Source: Candidatus Krumholzibacteriia bacterium | Lineage (GTDB): Bacteria > Krumholzibacteriota > Krumholzibacteriia > Krumholzibacteriales > Krumholzibacteriaceae | DNA: 64,000 bases | Reading direction: 5' to 3' | Assembly (NCBI GenBank): GCA_023131975.1 | Contig: JAGLYV010000078.1 | Location: 3,712 to 67,711 of the forward strand | Shown here: piece after piece, positions 10,435-20,404 of the stretch | Position numbering within the stretch: position 1 is the stretch's first letter | Layout of the letters: each line of letters starts with the position of its first letter | Notes under the pieces: generated by a model | What the model was told of the DNA's origin: nothing | The model's input: only the letters and a program-made list of their open reading frames with translations | Database searches by the model: none | Made by a program: the position numbers and the translations under genes

Positions 10435-11014
10435 CTGTTGCTGCACCCCCTTTTTTCGTCTTCTTTTCTGAACTCTTATCTGAGCGAGGCCCCATGATAA
10501 GGGACATTATTCTTCCTGTCCTTACCGCTGTTCTTTCCACCGCAGCTATTTCAGAAAACCTCTCAGTTATTTGATTCAATAACTCGTAACCCTTTTCCAG
10601 ATGTTCCATTTCCCTGCCGCGGAAAATGACCGTAAATTTAACTTTATCCTTCTGCTCCAGGAATTTCTCTGCATTCTTCATCTTGAACATAAGATCATGT
10701 TTCTCGATCTTAGGCCGCAGTTTTATTTCCTTGAGATGGGTGACATGCTGTTTCTTTTTTGACTCGCGGGTCTTTTTACTCTGCTCATATTTGTACTTGC
10801 CAAAATCCATTATCTTGCAGACCGGCGGCCTTACGTTCGGAGCGATCTCAACAAGGTCGAGTTCCCTCTCCTCAGCAATTCGTCTGGCTTCATCTGTAGC
10901 CATCACGCCCAACTGTTCACCATTTTCGTCAATGACCCTGATCTCGGGAATCCGAATCATCTCGTTGACCCGGGTTCTCTTTTCTCTTCTCTCTCTGTCA
11001 AATCTACCTTTGAT
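10415..11014 (-). CDS. infC: Translation initiation factor IF-3; probable non-AUG (ATC) start
   Basis: The conserved IF3 N-domain begins ...[36 protein letters not shown] and the C-domain is ...[21 protein letters not shown]. The listed 260-aa ORF has about 60 unrelated upstream residues. A strong SD (AGGAGGTG) sits 5 nt before an in-frame ATC codon at 11014. This is consistent with the well-known autoregulatory rare start codon of infC. Confidence 0.7.
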   Translation of the reverse strand: MKGRFDRERREKRTRVNEMIRIPEIRVIDENGEQLGVMATDEARRIAEERELDLVEIAPNVRPPVCKIMDFGKYKYEQSKKTRESKKKQHVTHLKEIKLRPKIEKHDLMFKMKNAEKFLEQKDKVKFTVIFRGREMEHLEKGYELLNQITERFSEIAAVERTAVRTGRIMSLIMGPRSDKSSEKKTKKGGAATDAENKD

Positions 11015-11159
11015 TTGTTCACCTCCTGGTAAACCAAAAAAAAAGGACGCGTAGTTGTTCCACCCGTCCGGCTCTGTCGGCTTTAGATGAAACCCTAACA
11101 GTACAAATAGACCGTAAGGTGAGAGGCTCTCGCCTCTGCTTGCATTATTGCTATATATA

Positions 11160-13094
11160 TTATGCTTTTCGGTCGACTTCGTCAACCAGTTCCGCAATAA
11201 ATTCTTCTATTTTTTTTGTCCCGAGTCTCCCCTCGGCCTTCGTACGGATGTCGAAAGTACCGGCTTCTAACTCCTTGTCCCCACATACAGCCATGTATGG
11301 GATCTTTTGAAGTTCGGCATCGCGGACCTTCAACCCCAGTTTTTCCTCCCTTACATCACACTCCACCCTGAGTCCTGCTTCACGCATTCGCGACGCGGCT
11401 TCCAACGCGTATTCATGGTGAGCGATACCGATGGGAAGGATAACAGCCTGCACAGGAGCGAGCCACAGAGGAAACAATCCCGCGTAATGCTCAGTAAGTG
11501 TCCCTATAAACCTTTCAATCGAGCCAAGAAGGGCTCGATGGATCATATATACATATTCCTTTTTCCCTTCCGAAGACACATACCTCACATCGAACCGCCT
11601 CGGAAGGTTGAAATCGAACTGGATCGTGGTGGCCTGCCAGCCACGACCGAGTGCGTCGATAAGTTTAAGATCTATCTTCGGACCGTAGAACACCGCTTCG
11701 CCGGGCATCTTCTCATAAGGCAACCCCCTCTTCTCGATCGCCTTCAACAACGATGCCTCAGCCATGAACCACTCTTCCTCGGAACCGGCGTATTTTTCCA
11801 TATTCGCCGGGTCGTGAACACTCAATTCGACCTTGTACTTGTCGAAACCGAATGTCGTCAATATATGATGGGCCAGGTCAAAACAGGCGTCGACCTCATC
11901 GTCCAGTTGATCGGGGGTGCAGAATATGTGGGCATCGTCCTGGGTAAACCCCCTGACCCTTAGAAGGCCATGGAGTGTTCCCGACCGTTCATTTCTGTAC
12001 ACTGTGCCGAGTTCGGCATACCTTATGGGAAGGTCGCGATAACTGTGAATGTGGCTCTTGTACACAAGGATATGTCCGGGACAGTTCATGGGCTTCAGAA
12101 CGAATTCCTGGCCCTCATCTGATTTGATGATGAACATGTTCTCCCTGTAATAATCTATGTGTCCCGATGTGTGCCAGAGTTCGCTGCGGGCTATATGCGG
12201 GGTCATGATAAGATCATAGCCACTCTTTCTGTGCTCATCTTTCCAGAAGTCTTCGATCTTTTCACGCAGGATGTATCCCTTGGGGTACCAGAAGACCAGC
12301 CCCCCTCCTGCCTCTTCCTTAATGTCGAAAAGGCCGAGTTGCGGCCCCAGCTTCCGGTGGTCTCGCTTTTTAGCTTCCTCGCGCCGATCGAGTTCGGCCT
12401 TAAGATCTTCATCGGTGAAGAACGCGGTCCCGTATATCCTCTGCAACATCTCTCTCTTCTCGTCTCCACGCCAATAGGCGCCCGCGAGTGAAGTGAGCTT
12501 TACATGCTTGAGCATCTTCGCCCTGGGGATATGAGGCCCTGTGCAAAGATCAGTAAAATTTCCCAGCCGATAGATGGATACTTCCTCCACCTCCAGATCG
12601 TTTATCAGTTCGACCTTGAACTTCTGACCTTCTGCCTCGAAAAGCTCTACTGCTTTGTCCCGGGAAAAGATCTCCCTTTTAAATGACAGGTCGCCACCCT
12701 TGAGCAGCGCGGCCATCTTTTCCTCTATCTTCACGAGATCTTCAGGAACAAGCGTTTTTTCCATAAGGACATCGTAATAGAAACCATCATCTATCGAAGG
12801 GCCGATGGCAAAACTCACGTCTCCGTATAACTCAAGGATCGCCAGAGCCATAAGATGGGACATGCTGTGGCGCAGGATAGGAAGTGATTCATCGTCACTC
12901 ACGGTAAGTACTCTGAACAGCCCTCCCGAAACCAGTGTCTGCTGGAGATCCATCAGCGTGTCATCGATCATTACGGCAACAGCTTTTTTTCTTACGGAAT
13001 TGGGAAGACTCGAAAGAAGCTCTATTACGGGAGTCCCTTCGGCATACTCGCCTCTCGTTCCATCCGGATAAGTTATTTCCAGCATTTTCAGCAC
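11160..13094 (-). CDS. thrS: Threonine--tRNA ligase
   Basis: 644 aa with a TGS domain, a second additional domain, a class II core and an anticodon-binding domain. It begins the thrS-infC-rpmI-rplT-pheST block. Confidence 0.9.
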   Translation of the reverse strand: MLKMLEITYPDGTRGEYAEGTPVIELLSSLPNSVRKKAVAVMIDDTLMDLQQTLVSGGLFRVLTVSDDESLPILRHSMSHLMALAILELYGDVSFAIGPSIDDGFYYDVLMEKTLVPEDLVKIEEKMAALLKGGDLSFKREIFSRDKAVELFEAEGQKFKVELINDLEVEEVSIYRLGNFTDLCTGPHIPRAKMLKHVKLTSLAGAYWRGDEKREMLQRIYGTAFFTDEDLKAELDRREEAKKRDHRKLGPQLGLFDIKEEAGGGLVFWYPKGYILREKIEDFWKDEHRKSGYDLIMTPHIARSELWHTSGHIDYYRENMFIIKSDEGQEFVLKPMNCPGHILVYKSHIHSYRDLPIRYAELGTVYRNERSGTLHGLLRVRGFTQDDAHIFCTPDQLDDEVDACFDLAHHILTTFGFDKYKVELSVHDPANMEKYAGSEEEWFMAEASLLKAIEKRGLPYEKMPGEAVFYGPKIDLKLIDALGRGWQATTIQFDFNLPRRFDVRYVSSEGKKEYVYMIHRALLGSIERFIGTLTEHYAGLFPLWLAPVQAVILPIGIAHHEYALEAASRMREAGLRVECDVREEKLGLKVRDAELQKIPYMAVCGDKELEAGTFDIRTKAEGRLGTKKIEEFIAELVDEVDRKA

Positions 13095-13167
13095 ATCCGC
13101 CTTGTATGGTTAGAATCAACTAGAGTCATGCCGTTTGTGGCGGCTGATCGATTGTGTTCCAGATAAA

Positions 13168-13244
13168 TGGTGGGCGATACTGGAATTGAACCAGTGACCC
13201 CCTGCATGTCAAGCAGGTACTCTAACCATCTGAGCTAATCGCCC
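13168..13244 (-). tRNA. tRNA-Val (anticodon GAC)
   Basis: Hand-folded cloverleaf GGGCGAUUAGCUCAGAUGGUUAGAGUACCUGCUUGACAUGCAGGGGGUCACUGGUUCAAUUCCAGUAUCGCCCACCA. It has a 7-bp acceptor stem, an anticodon loop uuGACau, a T-arm and an encoded CCA. Confidence 0.85.
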
Positions 13245-13310
13245 ACTCAGTTTACCTGCACAATCTAATATATTTATCGACCGCCGGGCAATAGAAAGTT
13301 TCAGCGTTGC

Positions 13311-15233
13311 CTATTTCTTCTCTTCATCGTCAATGACTTCGAATTCAGCATCGACGACCTGATCATCCTCTTTCGCTTCTCCGGCTTTATCCCCGCCATC
13401 CTCGGGCTGTTGCCCCTGCTGGGGCTGCTGATCCGGGGCCGCGTTCTGATACATCGCCTGTGCGGCTTTCTGCCATACAGCGTTATGTGCCTCTGTTGCT
13501 TTTTTGATTCTTTCCACATCATCGGTCTTGGAAGATTCCTTCAGTTCCTCGAGGACTCTCCTCAATTCATCCATATCCTCCGAAGGGATCTTGTCCTTGT
13601 GTTCCTCAATCTGCTTCTCGGTCTGGTAAGCCATCTGGTCCGCCTGATTCTTCAGGTCTATCAATTCACGCTTTTCCTTGTCCTCGCTCGCGTGAGCTTC
13701 TGCTTCTCCGACCATCCTGTCGATATCGTTATCCGACAATCCGCTGGAAGCCTGGATGATGATCTTCTGCTCCTTGTCCGTAGCCTTGTCTTTAGCAGCT
13801 ACATTCAGGATGCCGTTGGCATCGATGTCGAAGGTGACCTCGATCTGGGGGATTCCCCTGGCAGCGGGAGGCAACCCTGCGAGTTGGAAACGGCCGATCG
13901 ACTTATTGCTCGACGCCATCTCTCTCTCCCCCTGAAGAACGTGGATTTCCACTGTGGTCTGGTTGTCCGCGGCTGTAGAGAATATCTCACTCTTTCTCGT
14001 GGGAATCGTAGAGTTCCTCTCTATCAGTCTTGTCATTACTCCGCCCAGAGTCTCAATACCTAGAGAAAGAGGAGTGACATCGAGAAGAAGGACGTCATGC
14101 ACGTCACCCGCGAGTACTCCACCCTGGATAGCAGCGCCCAGAGCGACTACTTCGTCGGGATTGACGCCCTGGTGCGGCTCACGCCCGAATATCTCTTTCA
14201 CCTTTGCGTGTACAGCGGGCATCCTTGTCGTTCCGCCGACAAGAATGACCTCCTGGATATCCGAAGCTGAAAGGCCGGCATCCTTAAGCGCGTTTTTACA
14301 TGGGCCGACAGTCCTCTGTACGAGGTCCTCTGTCAACTGTTCGAATTTCGCCCTCGTAAGCTTGACATTGAGGTGCTTGGGACCAGAGCTGTCAGCGGTA
14401 ATAAATGGCAGGTTGATGTCCGCCTGAGGCACAGTCGAGAGTTCACATTTTGCTTTCTCGGCCGCTTCCTTGAGGCGCTGAAGAGCCATCGGATCCTTCG
14501 ATATGTCTATACCCTGATCCTTCTTGAATTCCGTGACCAGCCAGTCGATGACCCGCTTGTCAAAATCATCTCCACCAAGGTGCGTGTCTCCGTTCGTAGC
14601 CTTGACTTCAAATACAGACTCTCCCAGTTCAAGGACCGATACGTCAAAGGTACCGCCACCGAGATCGAAGACAGCAATAGTCTTTTCGCCTTTTTTGTCA
14701 AGGCCGTAGGCCAACGCAGCTGCGGTAGGCTCGTTGATGATCCTCTCCACTTCAAGTCCCGCAATTTTACCGGCATCCTTGGTCGCCTGCCTCTGACTGT
14801 CATTGAAATAGGCCGGAACAGTGATGACCGCTTTCGTCACCTTTTCGCCAAGATACGTCTCCGCCGCTTCCTTGAGATACTGCAGAGTCATGGCCGAGAT
14901 CTCCGGAGGTGAATATTCCTTTCCATGCGCCACTATTCTCACATCACCGTTCGGCCCTTTTTTCACTTTGTACGGGACTTCTGATATCTCCATCTCCACT
15001 TCAGAAAATTTTCTTCCCATGAATCTCTTGATCGAAAATACGGTATCAGTCGGATTCGTCACGGCCTGACGTTTTGCCAGAGTCCCCACCAGTATATCGT
15101 CCTCCTTGAATCCGGCGATCGAGGGGGTAGTCCTTCCGCCCTCGGGATTGGGGATGATCACAGGCTCTCCGCCTTCGATGACCGCTACACATGAATTCGT
15201 CGTTCCCAGATCGATTCCTATTATCTTGCTCAT
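13311..15233 (-). CDS. dnaK: Chaperone DnaK (Hsp70)
   Basis: Starts [18 protein letters not shown]... and ends with an acidic tail EEVDDEEKK. The listed ORF has a 56-aa spurious upstream extension. No grpE or dnaJ is adjacent. Confidence 0.9.
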   Translation of the reverse strand: MSKIIGIDLGTTNSCVAVIEGGEPVIIPNPEGGRTTPSIAGFKEDDILVGTLAKRQAVTNPTDTVFSIKRFMGRKFSEVEMEISEVPYKVKKGPNGDVRIVAHGKEYSPPEISAMTLQYLKEAAETYLGEKVTKAVITVPAYFNDSQRQATKDAGKIAGLEVERIINEPTAAALAYGLDKKGEKTIAVFDLGGGTFDVSVLELGESVFEVKATNGDTHLGGDDFDKRVIDWLVTEFKKDQGIDISKDPMALQRLKEAAEKAKCELSTVPQADINLPFITADSSGPKHLNVKLTRAKFEQLTEDLVQRTVGPCKNALKDAGLSASDIQEVILVGGTTRMPAVHAKVKEIFGREPHQGVNPDEVVALGAAIQGGVLAGDVHDVLLLDVTPLSLGIETLGGVMTRLIERNSTIPTRKSEIFSTAADNQTTVEIHVLQGEREMASSNKSIGRFQLAGLPPAARGIPQIEVTFDIDANGILNVAAKDKATDKEQKIIIQASSGLSDNDIDRMVGEAEAHASEDKEKRELIDLKNQADQMAYQTEKQIEEHKDKIPSEDMDELRRVLEELKESSKTDDVERIKKATEAHNAVWQKAAQAMYQNAAPDQQPQQGQQPEDGGDKAGEAKEDDQVVDAEFEVIDDEEKK

Positions 15234-15444
15234 TGCCACCCTCCAAAAAAAATACGATATTGTTAAACCACAAGATAGCATTATACAAGTAGCATGCCAG
15301 AAAATAATATCAAGCAGCAATGGTATCTCATTTAATAACAATACAATAGAAGGTTGCATGCGGAAGCATGCTAGAGGTTGGCAGCAGGACTGCCACGCCA
15401 CTCGCTGCCATAAGTGCCATAATGGCTCTTATTGGCAGTCTTTG

Positions 15445-15753
15445 TCAGGTACTCGTTTCGTCCTCATTTTTAATAAGACATCGTATGTCGCCATTTTCCA
15501 ATCGAAGCTGGACCTCGTTACATATCTCGAAATTTCTTTTTGCCAGATCTCCGTACTCGTAAAATACACATCTCCCCCTCTTACCGCACCTGCTCTTTGA
15601 ATGACACACCTCAAGCTGCATAAGAAGCCATGAGGAAAGATATTCTCCCTCGTCGACATCCCATCTCTTCATCCCCCTCTCGATGTCATGCTCATGATGA
15701 TAGGGAAAGAGCTGTCTCTGCATCTCCTTTATCAGTTTTTCTATTCTTCTCAT
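15445..15753 (-). CDS. Hypothetical small Cys/His-containing protein (uncertain)
   Basis: 102-aa ORF between cca and dnaK with no recognisable motif. An alternative overlapping frame exists. It may instead be a leader or non-coding region. Confidence 0.25.
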   Translation of the reverse strand: MRRIEKLIKEMQRQLFPYHHEHDIERGMKRWDVDEGEYLSSWLLMQLEVCHSKSRCGKRGRCVFYEYGDLAKRNFEICNEVQLRLENGDIRCLIKNEDETST

Positions 15754-15957
15754 CTCTGTTCTCCCGCATTTAATCTGATCGTATTTATGAAATTCTATAA
15801 ATTCCGCACTTCACTGGTTGACATTATAGGTGTTATCACCTATATTTGTTCTCGGGAGTTCCTGTAATTCCCTCTTTCAATAGGTTCTGCAGGCCTTTAT
15901 GTGACCCGACTATCCTTTCAAGCGGGGTTCACGCCATGCATTGCCCCTGACACCAAG

Positions 15958-17352
15958 TTACAGGAACTCTCTCTTCTTTATATCCTCTCTCATATTTCTG
16001 GCGATCCTCAGAAGATTTTCCCTGGTGTTGTTAGCGGGATCATCCAGGACCTTATCAAGAAGTCTTTCGAGAACAAACCCGACCTCTCTTCCCTCGGTCA
16101 GGCCGATCTCCTTCATCAGATCTTTTCCATTTATATTGAGGTCACTCCTCTTGAATACTGAATCTTTTCTGACGACCTCTTCAATTCGCCGCACAGAGTA
16201 TTTCACTTCATCTTCCGTTTCCTGCCCTGATTCCCCTCTGGCCCTTCCATCCGCCATCCTCAGCTCCATCAGGTCTTCAATATTCTCGACACCGACTCTT
16301 GCCACGAATCTCCGTATTGCTGAATCAGACCACTCCTCCGTAATGAAAAACATGTGATGGAGTATCAGGTGCTCGACTCTGTCTATCAATTCGTTTGAAT
16401 ATTTAAGCCTTCGCATTATTGCCACGGCGGACCTGGCGCTATCCTCTTCATGCCTGTAAAAGACGATCTTACCTCTGTATTCTCTCCTGGTACTTTTCTT
16501 TCCCAGATCATGCAGGAGAGCAGCGAGCCTGAGATGCAATCGAGGCGGAGCCAGATCACACGCCAGAACAGAATGCTTGAAGAGATCGTATTCGTGAAAT
16601 TCGTTCTGTTCCACGCCCCAGGTCTCTTCCAGCTCAGGCAGGATCTTATCCAGGATAGAGTTGTCGTGCATGAAAATAAGACCGGCTGATGGCCTCCCGG
16701 AAAGGAGCAGAAGCTTGTCGAGTTCCATCCTTACGCGTTCAGGCGAGATATCATCCAGCAGACCGGAATGATCCTTCATCATGACAGCGGTGTTTTTTTC
16801 TACTGACAATTCTAATCGAGCCATAAACTGTATCCCGCGGACTATCCTCAGAGGATCCTCGACAAAAGATTCCCTGCGATTGACCCTCAGCAGTCCTGCC
16901 GCAAGATCCGACTTTCCACCAAGCGGATCTATCAGTCTCATACCATTCAGATCCAGAGCCATGGAATTGATAGTGAAATCACGTCTGACGAGGTCTTCTT
17001 CCACCGGCAGAAAAGGATCGTAGCTTACATCAAAATCTCTGTGGTATGGCCCCGTAGATGATTCGCTTCTTGGGAGGGATATGTCAACCGGCTCACAGCC
17101 AGGCTCTCTGAACTTTAGAACACCGAAAGATTTCCCGACAAGGTCGATCTTGCCATGAGGCCTTAGAAGGTCGACCAGCCTCTCCAGGCCTATACCCGTT
17201 ACGAGATAGTCAACATCCACCTTCTCTTCTACTCTGCCGAGAAGAATATCGCGCACAATACCGCCTACAAGGAAAAGACCACCCTCTTCAAGGACCGATC
17301 TCTCCCAGCGGCGGATTTCTCTTTCAAACACAAATTCGGGTATTTCATTCAT
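15958..17352 (-). CDS. cca: CCA-adding tRNA nucleotidyltransferase / poly(A) polymerase family with C-terminal HD domain
   Basis: Has the Pol-beta NTase head (GGIVRDILLGR...DVDYLV), an RNA-binding body and an HD motif (LAALLHDLGK). Confidence 0.8.
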   Translation of the reverse strand: MNEIPEFVFEREIRRWERSVLEEGGLFLVGGIVRDILLGRVEEKVDVDYLVTGIGLERLVDLLRPHGKIDLVGKSFGVLKFREPGCEPVDISLPRSESSTGPYHRDFDVSYDPFLPVEEDLVRRDFTINSMALDLNGMRLIDPLGGKSDLAAGLLRVNRRESFVEDPLRIVRGIQFMARLELSVEKNTAVMMKDHSGLLDDISPERVRMELDKLLLLSGRPSAGLIFMHDNSILDKILPELEETWGVEQNEFHEYDLFKHSVLACDLAPPRLHLRLAALLHDLGKKSTRREYRGKIVFYRHEEDSARSAVAIMRRLKYSNELIDRVEHLILHHMFFITEEWSDSAIRRFVARVGVENIEDLMELRMADGRARGESGQETEDEVKYSVRRIEEVVRKDSVFKRSDLNINGKDLMKEIGLTEGREVGFVLERLLDKVLDDPANNTRENLLRIARNMREDIKKREFL

Positions 17353-17409
17353 ACGACCGAATGTATCGAACGAAAACCCCCGCGGTCAACAGATTAACGG
17401 CGCACCTGA

Positions 17410-18711
17410 TCAATTCCGGCGGGAAATATTTATCCATGTCCGGCGCAACCATCTGAAAATCGGACCAAGCGCTCCTATCGGAAGGATCGAGAATATCTTT
17501 CGTCCGACTTTTGAAGAACAAAACATGAATTGCATTGAGAACAATATTTCAGCTACTTTTCTGCCTGTTTTGATATCTGGACGTGCCTGATTGAACGACG
17601 GGACCTTATATCCCAGATGCCTCCAGGCGCCGATCCTCAGCCAGGATCCATATTTCTTCAGATCAAAAGCATGTGCATGCATGGACAAAACCTCTTTGTG
17701 GCTGATATCTTCAGCTACGATGATCCCGGCTTCGATCGCTCTCCTTACAAGCTTTTCGCCCTCCCCCGTTCTTGCCAGGACTATCGACCATCCACCCTCT
17801 TCCAACCCCTCCTTCGACCAGGCATCACCGACACTTATATCACTCAACTCATTTGTGAGATCCGTGCAGAACAGGCATCTATGATTTATGTAAAAGGGAA
17901 TAGCCTGATTGAAATCCAGCTTGGAGACCTTCAGAGATTCTTCATCCTTATTGACCACTGAAAAATATCCGGGCCAGTCTCCTTCTCGATACGAAAGCTT
18001 TTTCACATCTTCCAGAGACTTGATCCCCATCTTTTTCAGCATCATCCTGGTCGCTTCATAATACAGGTTGTTTCCGCAATATATACCCACACATGGGCCG
18101 ATAGATGAAGCCTTGTCCCACCCCGAATCCTGCAATTTCCTGATTCCATGAATCTGGCACGGAAGACCGCTTACTGCTATCCTCTCACCGTCTCTGAGAT
18201 CCCCCAGTGCCTCGTTCATGGGACTGAGATGATATTTACTCTGAGATGCTTCTGCCACCTCTGTCTTCGACCGGGCGATCACACCTTTCCCAACGAAGGG
18301 CTTTTCTCTATCCATGGTATAAACAAGCGCCCCATCCGATTTATCTATATCGATAAGAAAGTTCAACAACGCAGTAACGATTCCACCACTGGCTCCAGAG
18401 TCCCTGACCTTTTCGTCGACAGCTCGAGCGACCCACGCGCTTTTTACAATACCGGCAAATGGATCTGTCTCCGAATCGCATATAAATCTTTTTTCGAGTC
18501 TTGAAAAATCAACTTCCGCTCCGGGACAGGAAGCGAGACACAGCCCACATGAATCACACCTCTTTCCCACACTGGGAAGACAGTCACCAAGTCGATCGGG
18601 TATGGATATATTTTCGAGATGACAGACTCCGACACAGGTCCCACACCTTGTACACAATCCGGTATCGACGATTTTACTGATCAACGTTTCACACGGCAGC
18701 TGTGCAGACAT
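17410..18711 (-). CDS. Coenzyme F420 hydrogenase/dehydrogenase beta-subunit-like (FrhB/FdhB family) flavo/Fe-S protein
   Basis: N-terminal 2x[4Fe-4S] ferredoxin motifs (CTRCGTCVGVC ... CDSCGLCLASCP) followed by an FrhB N/C-domain-like body. A second copy lies at 58032..59213. Confidence 0.65.
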   Translation of the reverse strand: MSAQLPCETLISKIVDTGLCTRCGTCVGVCHLENISIPDRLGDCLPSVGKRCDSCGLCLASCPGAEVDFSRLEKRFICDSETDPFAGIVKSAWVARAVDEKVRDSGASGGIVTALLNFLIDIDKSDGALVYTMDREKPFVGKGVIARSKTEVAEASQSKYHLSPMNEALGDLRDGERIAVSGLPCQIHGIRKLQDSGWDKASSIGPCVGIYCGNNLYYEATRMMLKKMGIKSLEDVKKLSYREGDWPGYFSVVNKDEESLKVSKLDFNQAIPFYINHRCLFCTDLTNELSDISVGDAWSKEGLEEGGWSIVLARTGEGEKLVRRAIEAGIIVAEDISHKEVLSMHAHAFDLKKYGSWLRIGAWRHLGYKVPSFNQARPDIKTGRKVAEILFSMQFMFCSSKVGRKIFSILPIGALGPIFRWLRRTWINISRRN

Positions 18712-19426
18712 AAAAGCTCCTCATACCGAGCTGACCCAGAAAAGACTTCCCGACCAGATCGGCGATCACACAATCAAATCGTTCTATCCCGGCTCCCCCG
18801 ATCGGGAGAAAGAGAGTTCCTCTGTAATCATCCAGTCGAAATCCGGAATCTCGAAGCATATCGCGGACTTCACGAGGAGCTAGAAACCTGTGTGGCCCCT
18901 CACCATGATGGAATTTCAATATCCCGTTAAGAACGCTTGTCCATTCGGCAAAAGAAGGAGGCAAGCTCATCACGAGTCGTCCTCCATCGACTACCACCCT
19001 CCGCAGCTCTTTCAGGAACAGTAGTGGATCAGGAACATGCTCCAGCGTCTCCAGCGACATTATTCTGTCAAACGAATCATCGAGGAATGGGAGTTCGTGA
19101 AGTGACGTCTGAACATGAGCCTCTTCCGGATTCAGCCTCCTGCTGCCCCTTAACATCTCCAAAGAGAGTTCCGCGTTTACAAGCTTGATTTCCGGACAAT
19201 CCTTTCTCAGCCAGGGGGTACCGTCTCCGATCCTCGACCAGATATTCAGCAGTCTTGTTCCCGGGGCAAGATCGAGTCTCTTCACAGCCTCCCGGAACCT
19301 TTGTGTATGCACGCGATCAAGTTGTTCGTTCGCGTGTTCATATTCATGCTCGGCTATTCCATCCCAGAATACCCGTACTTCATCCATTGTAAAATCGTTG
19401 GCGTATCTACTACTCATCGTTGACAT
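18689..19426 (-). CDS. Class I SAM-dependent methyltransferase
   Basis: 245 aa with a Rossmann methyltransferase core (LNIWSRIGDG..., DDSFDRIMSLETLEHVPDPLLFL..VVDGGRLVMS). Its 3' end overlaps the FrhB-like gene by 23 nt. Confidence 0.7.
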   Translation of the reverse strand: MSTMSSRYANDFTMDEVRVFWDGIAEHEYEHANEQLDRVHTQRFREAVKRLDLAPGTRLLNIWSRIGDGTPWLRKDCPEIKLVNAELSLEMLRGSRRLNPEEAHVQTSLHELPFLDDSFDRIMSLETLEHVPDPLLFLKELRRVVVDGGRLVMSLPPSFAEWTSVLNGILKFHHGEGPHRFLAPREVRDMLRDSGFRLDDYRGTLFLPIGGAGIERFDCVIADLVGKSFLGQLGMRSFYVCTAAV

Positions 19427-20402
19427 CCTCCGTCTTCTTTTCCAGAGGTGCCACCAGCCAGCATACCAGCCCGGTCACTCCCTGTATCAGATAGACAAGA
19501 ATAAAGGAGAGGGAAAAAGTCACTGCCGCTTCCCTCGAAAGCCCCACCCTGCTGAAGACCATTATAAGAACAAGTTCTCTCGTGCCGAGTCCTGACAGGG
19601 AAACTGGTATAAGTGCGGTAAAAATGGCCGCAGAAACACTTACTATCAAAATATGAAATGACGCGCCCGTTCCGACCCCATCGGCCAGAAGGATAAACAC
19701 TCCGAAATGAAGCACCCATGCTATAGCTGATAACAAGATCACCAGAGCCAGGCCGGAATGCCTGAGAGTGGAAAATTCACCTACAGCCTCCCCTATCCCC
19801 TTGTCTATGTTTCCTCTGAGAGACCCTTCCGAAGCGCCGGAGAGAAATTTCCCGGCAATCCGGCTCAAAAGGTCCCTGCGCCAGAAAAGAACCAGGAAGA
19901 CAACCGCGACGGATACCAGCAGGATACCACTTAAAAGAATCTGGTTATTAAAGATACCGGGGAATGAGACAAGACTGGCGAACCCTATCAGGACAAGAAA
20001 CCCCAGATCAAACAATCTGTCAGCCACTGAGCTGTATACAGCTTTGCCGGCCGACATCCCGCCCCGCATCAGATAGATGCTCTTGATAAAATCACCCAGG
20101 CGACCGGGGGTAAGAAATCCCAGATATAGAGCAGATGAATATATCGCGAACGCGCGCACAAGAGATATTTCTCCGCCCTGCATTTTTACAATGGTTCTCC
20201 ATCTCATGGCTTTGACCAGCGTAAAGGACAGGAGGATCAGAACGGTACCGGACATGTGCAGAAAACTTAAACCGGAAAACGAATCTCTCACAGACCGAAG
20301 GTCCACTCTTGACAGGATCACAACGAACAGGGCTATCCCCGCGATCTGAAATGCCGTTCTCAGGATTTTCTTTTGTGAAAATTCCATCTCAGTAACCCGC
20401 AT
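19410..20402 (-). CDS. Polytopic membrane protein, flippase-like / LPG-synthase-TM-like (UPF0104) family
   Basis: 330 aa with about 8 TM segments and no soluble domain. It has the characteristic pairing with an adjacent GT2 polyprenyl-phosphate glycosyltransferase. Confidence 0.55.
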   Translation of the reverse strand: MRVTEMEFSQKKILRTAFQIAGIALFVVILSRVDLRSVRDSFSGLSFLHMSGTVLILLSFTLVKAMRWRTIVKMQGGEISLVRAFAIYSSALYLGFLTPGRLGDFIKSIYLMRGGMSAGKAVYSSVADRLFDLGFLVLIGFASLVSFPGIFNNQILLSGILLVSVAVVFLVLFWRRDLLSRIAGKFLSGASEGSLRGNIDKGIGEAVGEFSTLRHSGLALVILLSAIAWVLHFGVFILLADGVGTGASFHILIVSVSAAIFTALIPVSLSGLGTRELVLIMVFSRVGLSREAAVTFSLSFILVYLIQGVTGLVCWLVAPLEKKTEDVNDE

Positions 20403-20404
20403 GG

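Noticed and set aside
11015-11197. Upstream 61-codon extension of infC from the first ATG
   Set aside because: The extension is not IF3-like. A strong SD is positioned for the internal ATC codon, and a rare start is the known rule for infC.
11307-11963. 218-aa plus-strand ORF inside thrS; similar long antisense ORFs lie inside dnaK (13410..14063, 13954..14427, 14373..14912) and pheT (7733..8323)
   Set aside because: They are opposite to highly conserved housekeeping genes, with no domain signals. This is the typical antisense-frame artefact.
15234-15444. CIRCE (HrcA) or HAIR (HspR) heat-shock operators upstream of dnaK
   Set aside because: I searched by eye for TTAGCACTC-N9-GAGTGCTAA and CTTGAGT-N7-ACTCAAG and found no match. 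Other palindromes are reported as a low-interest finding instead.
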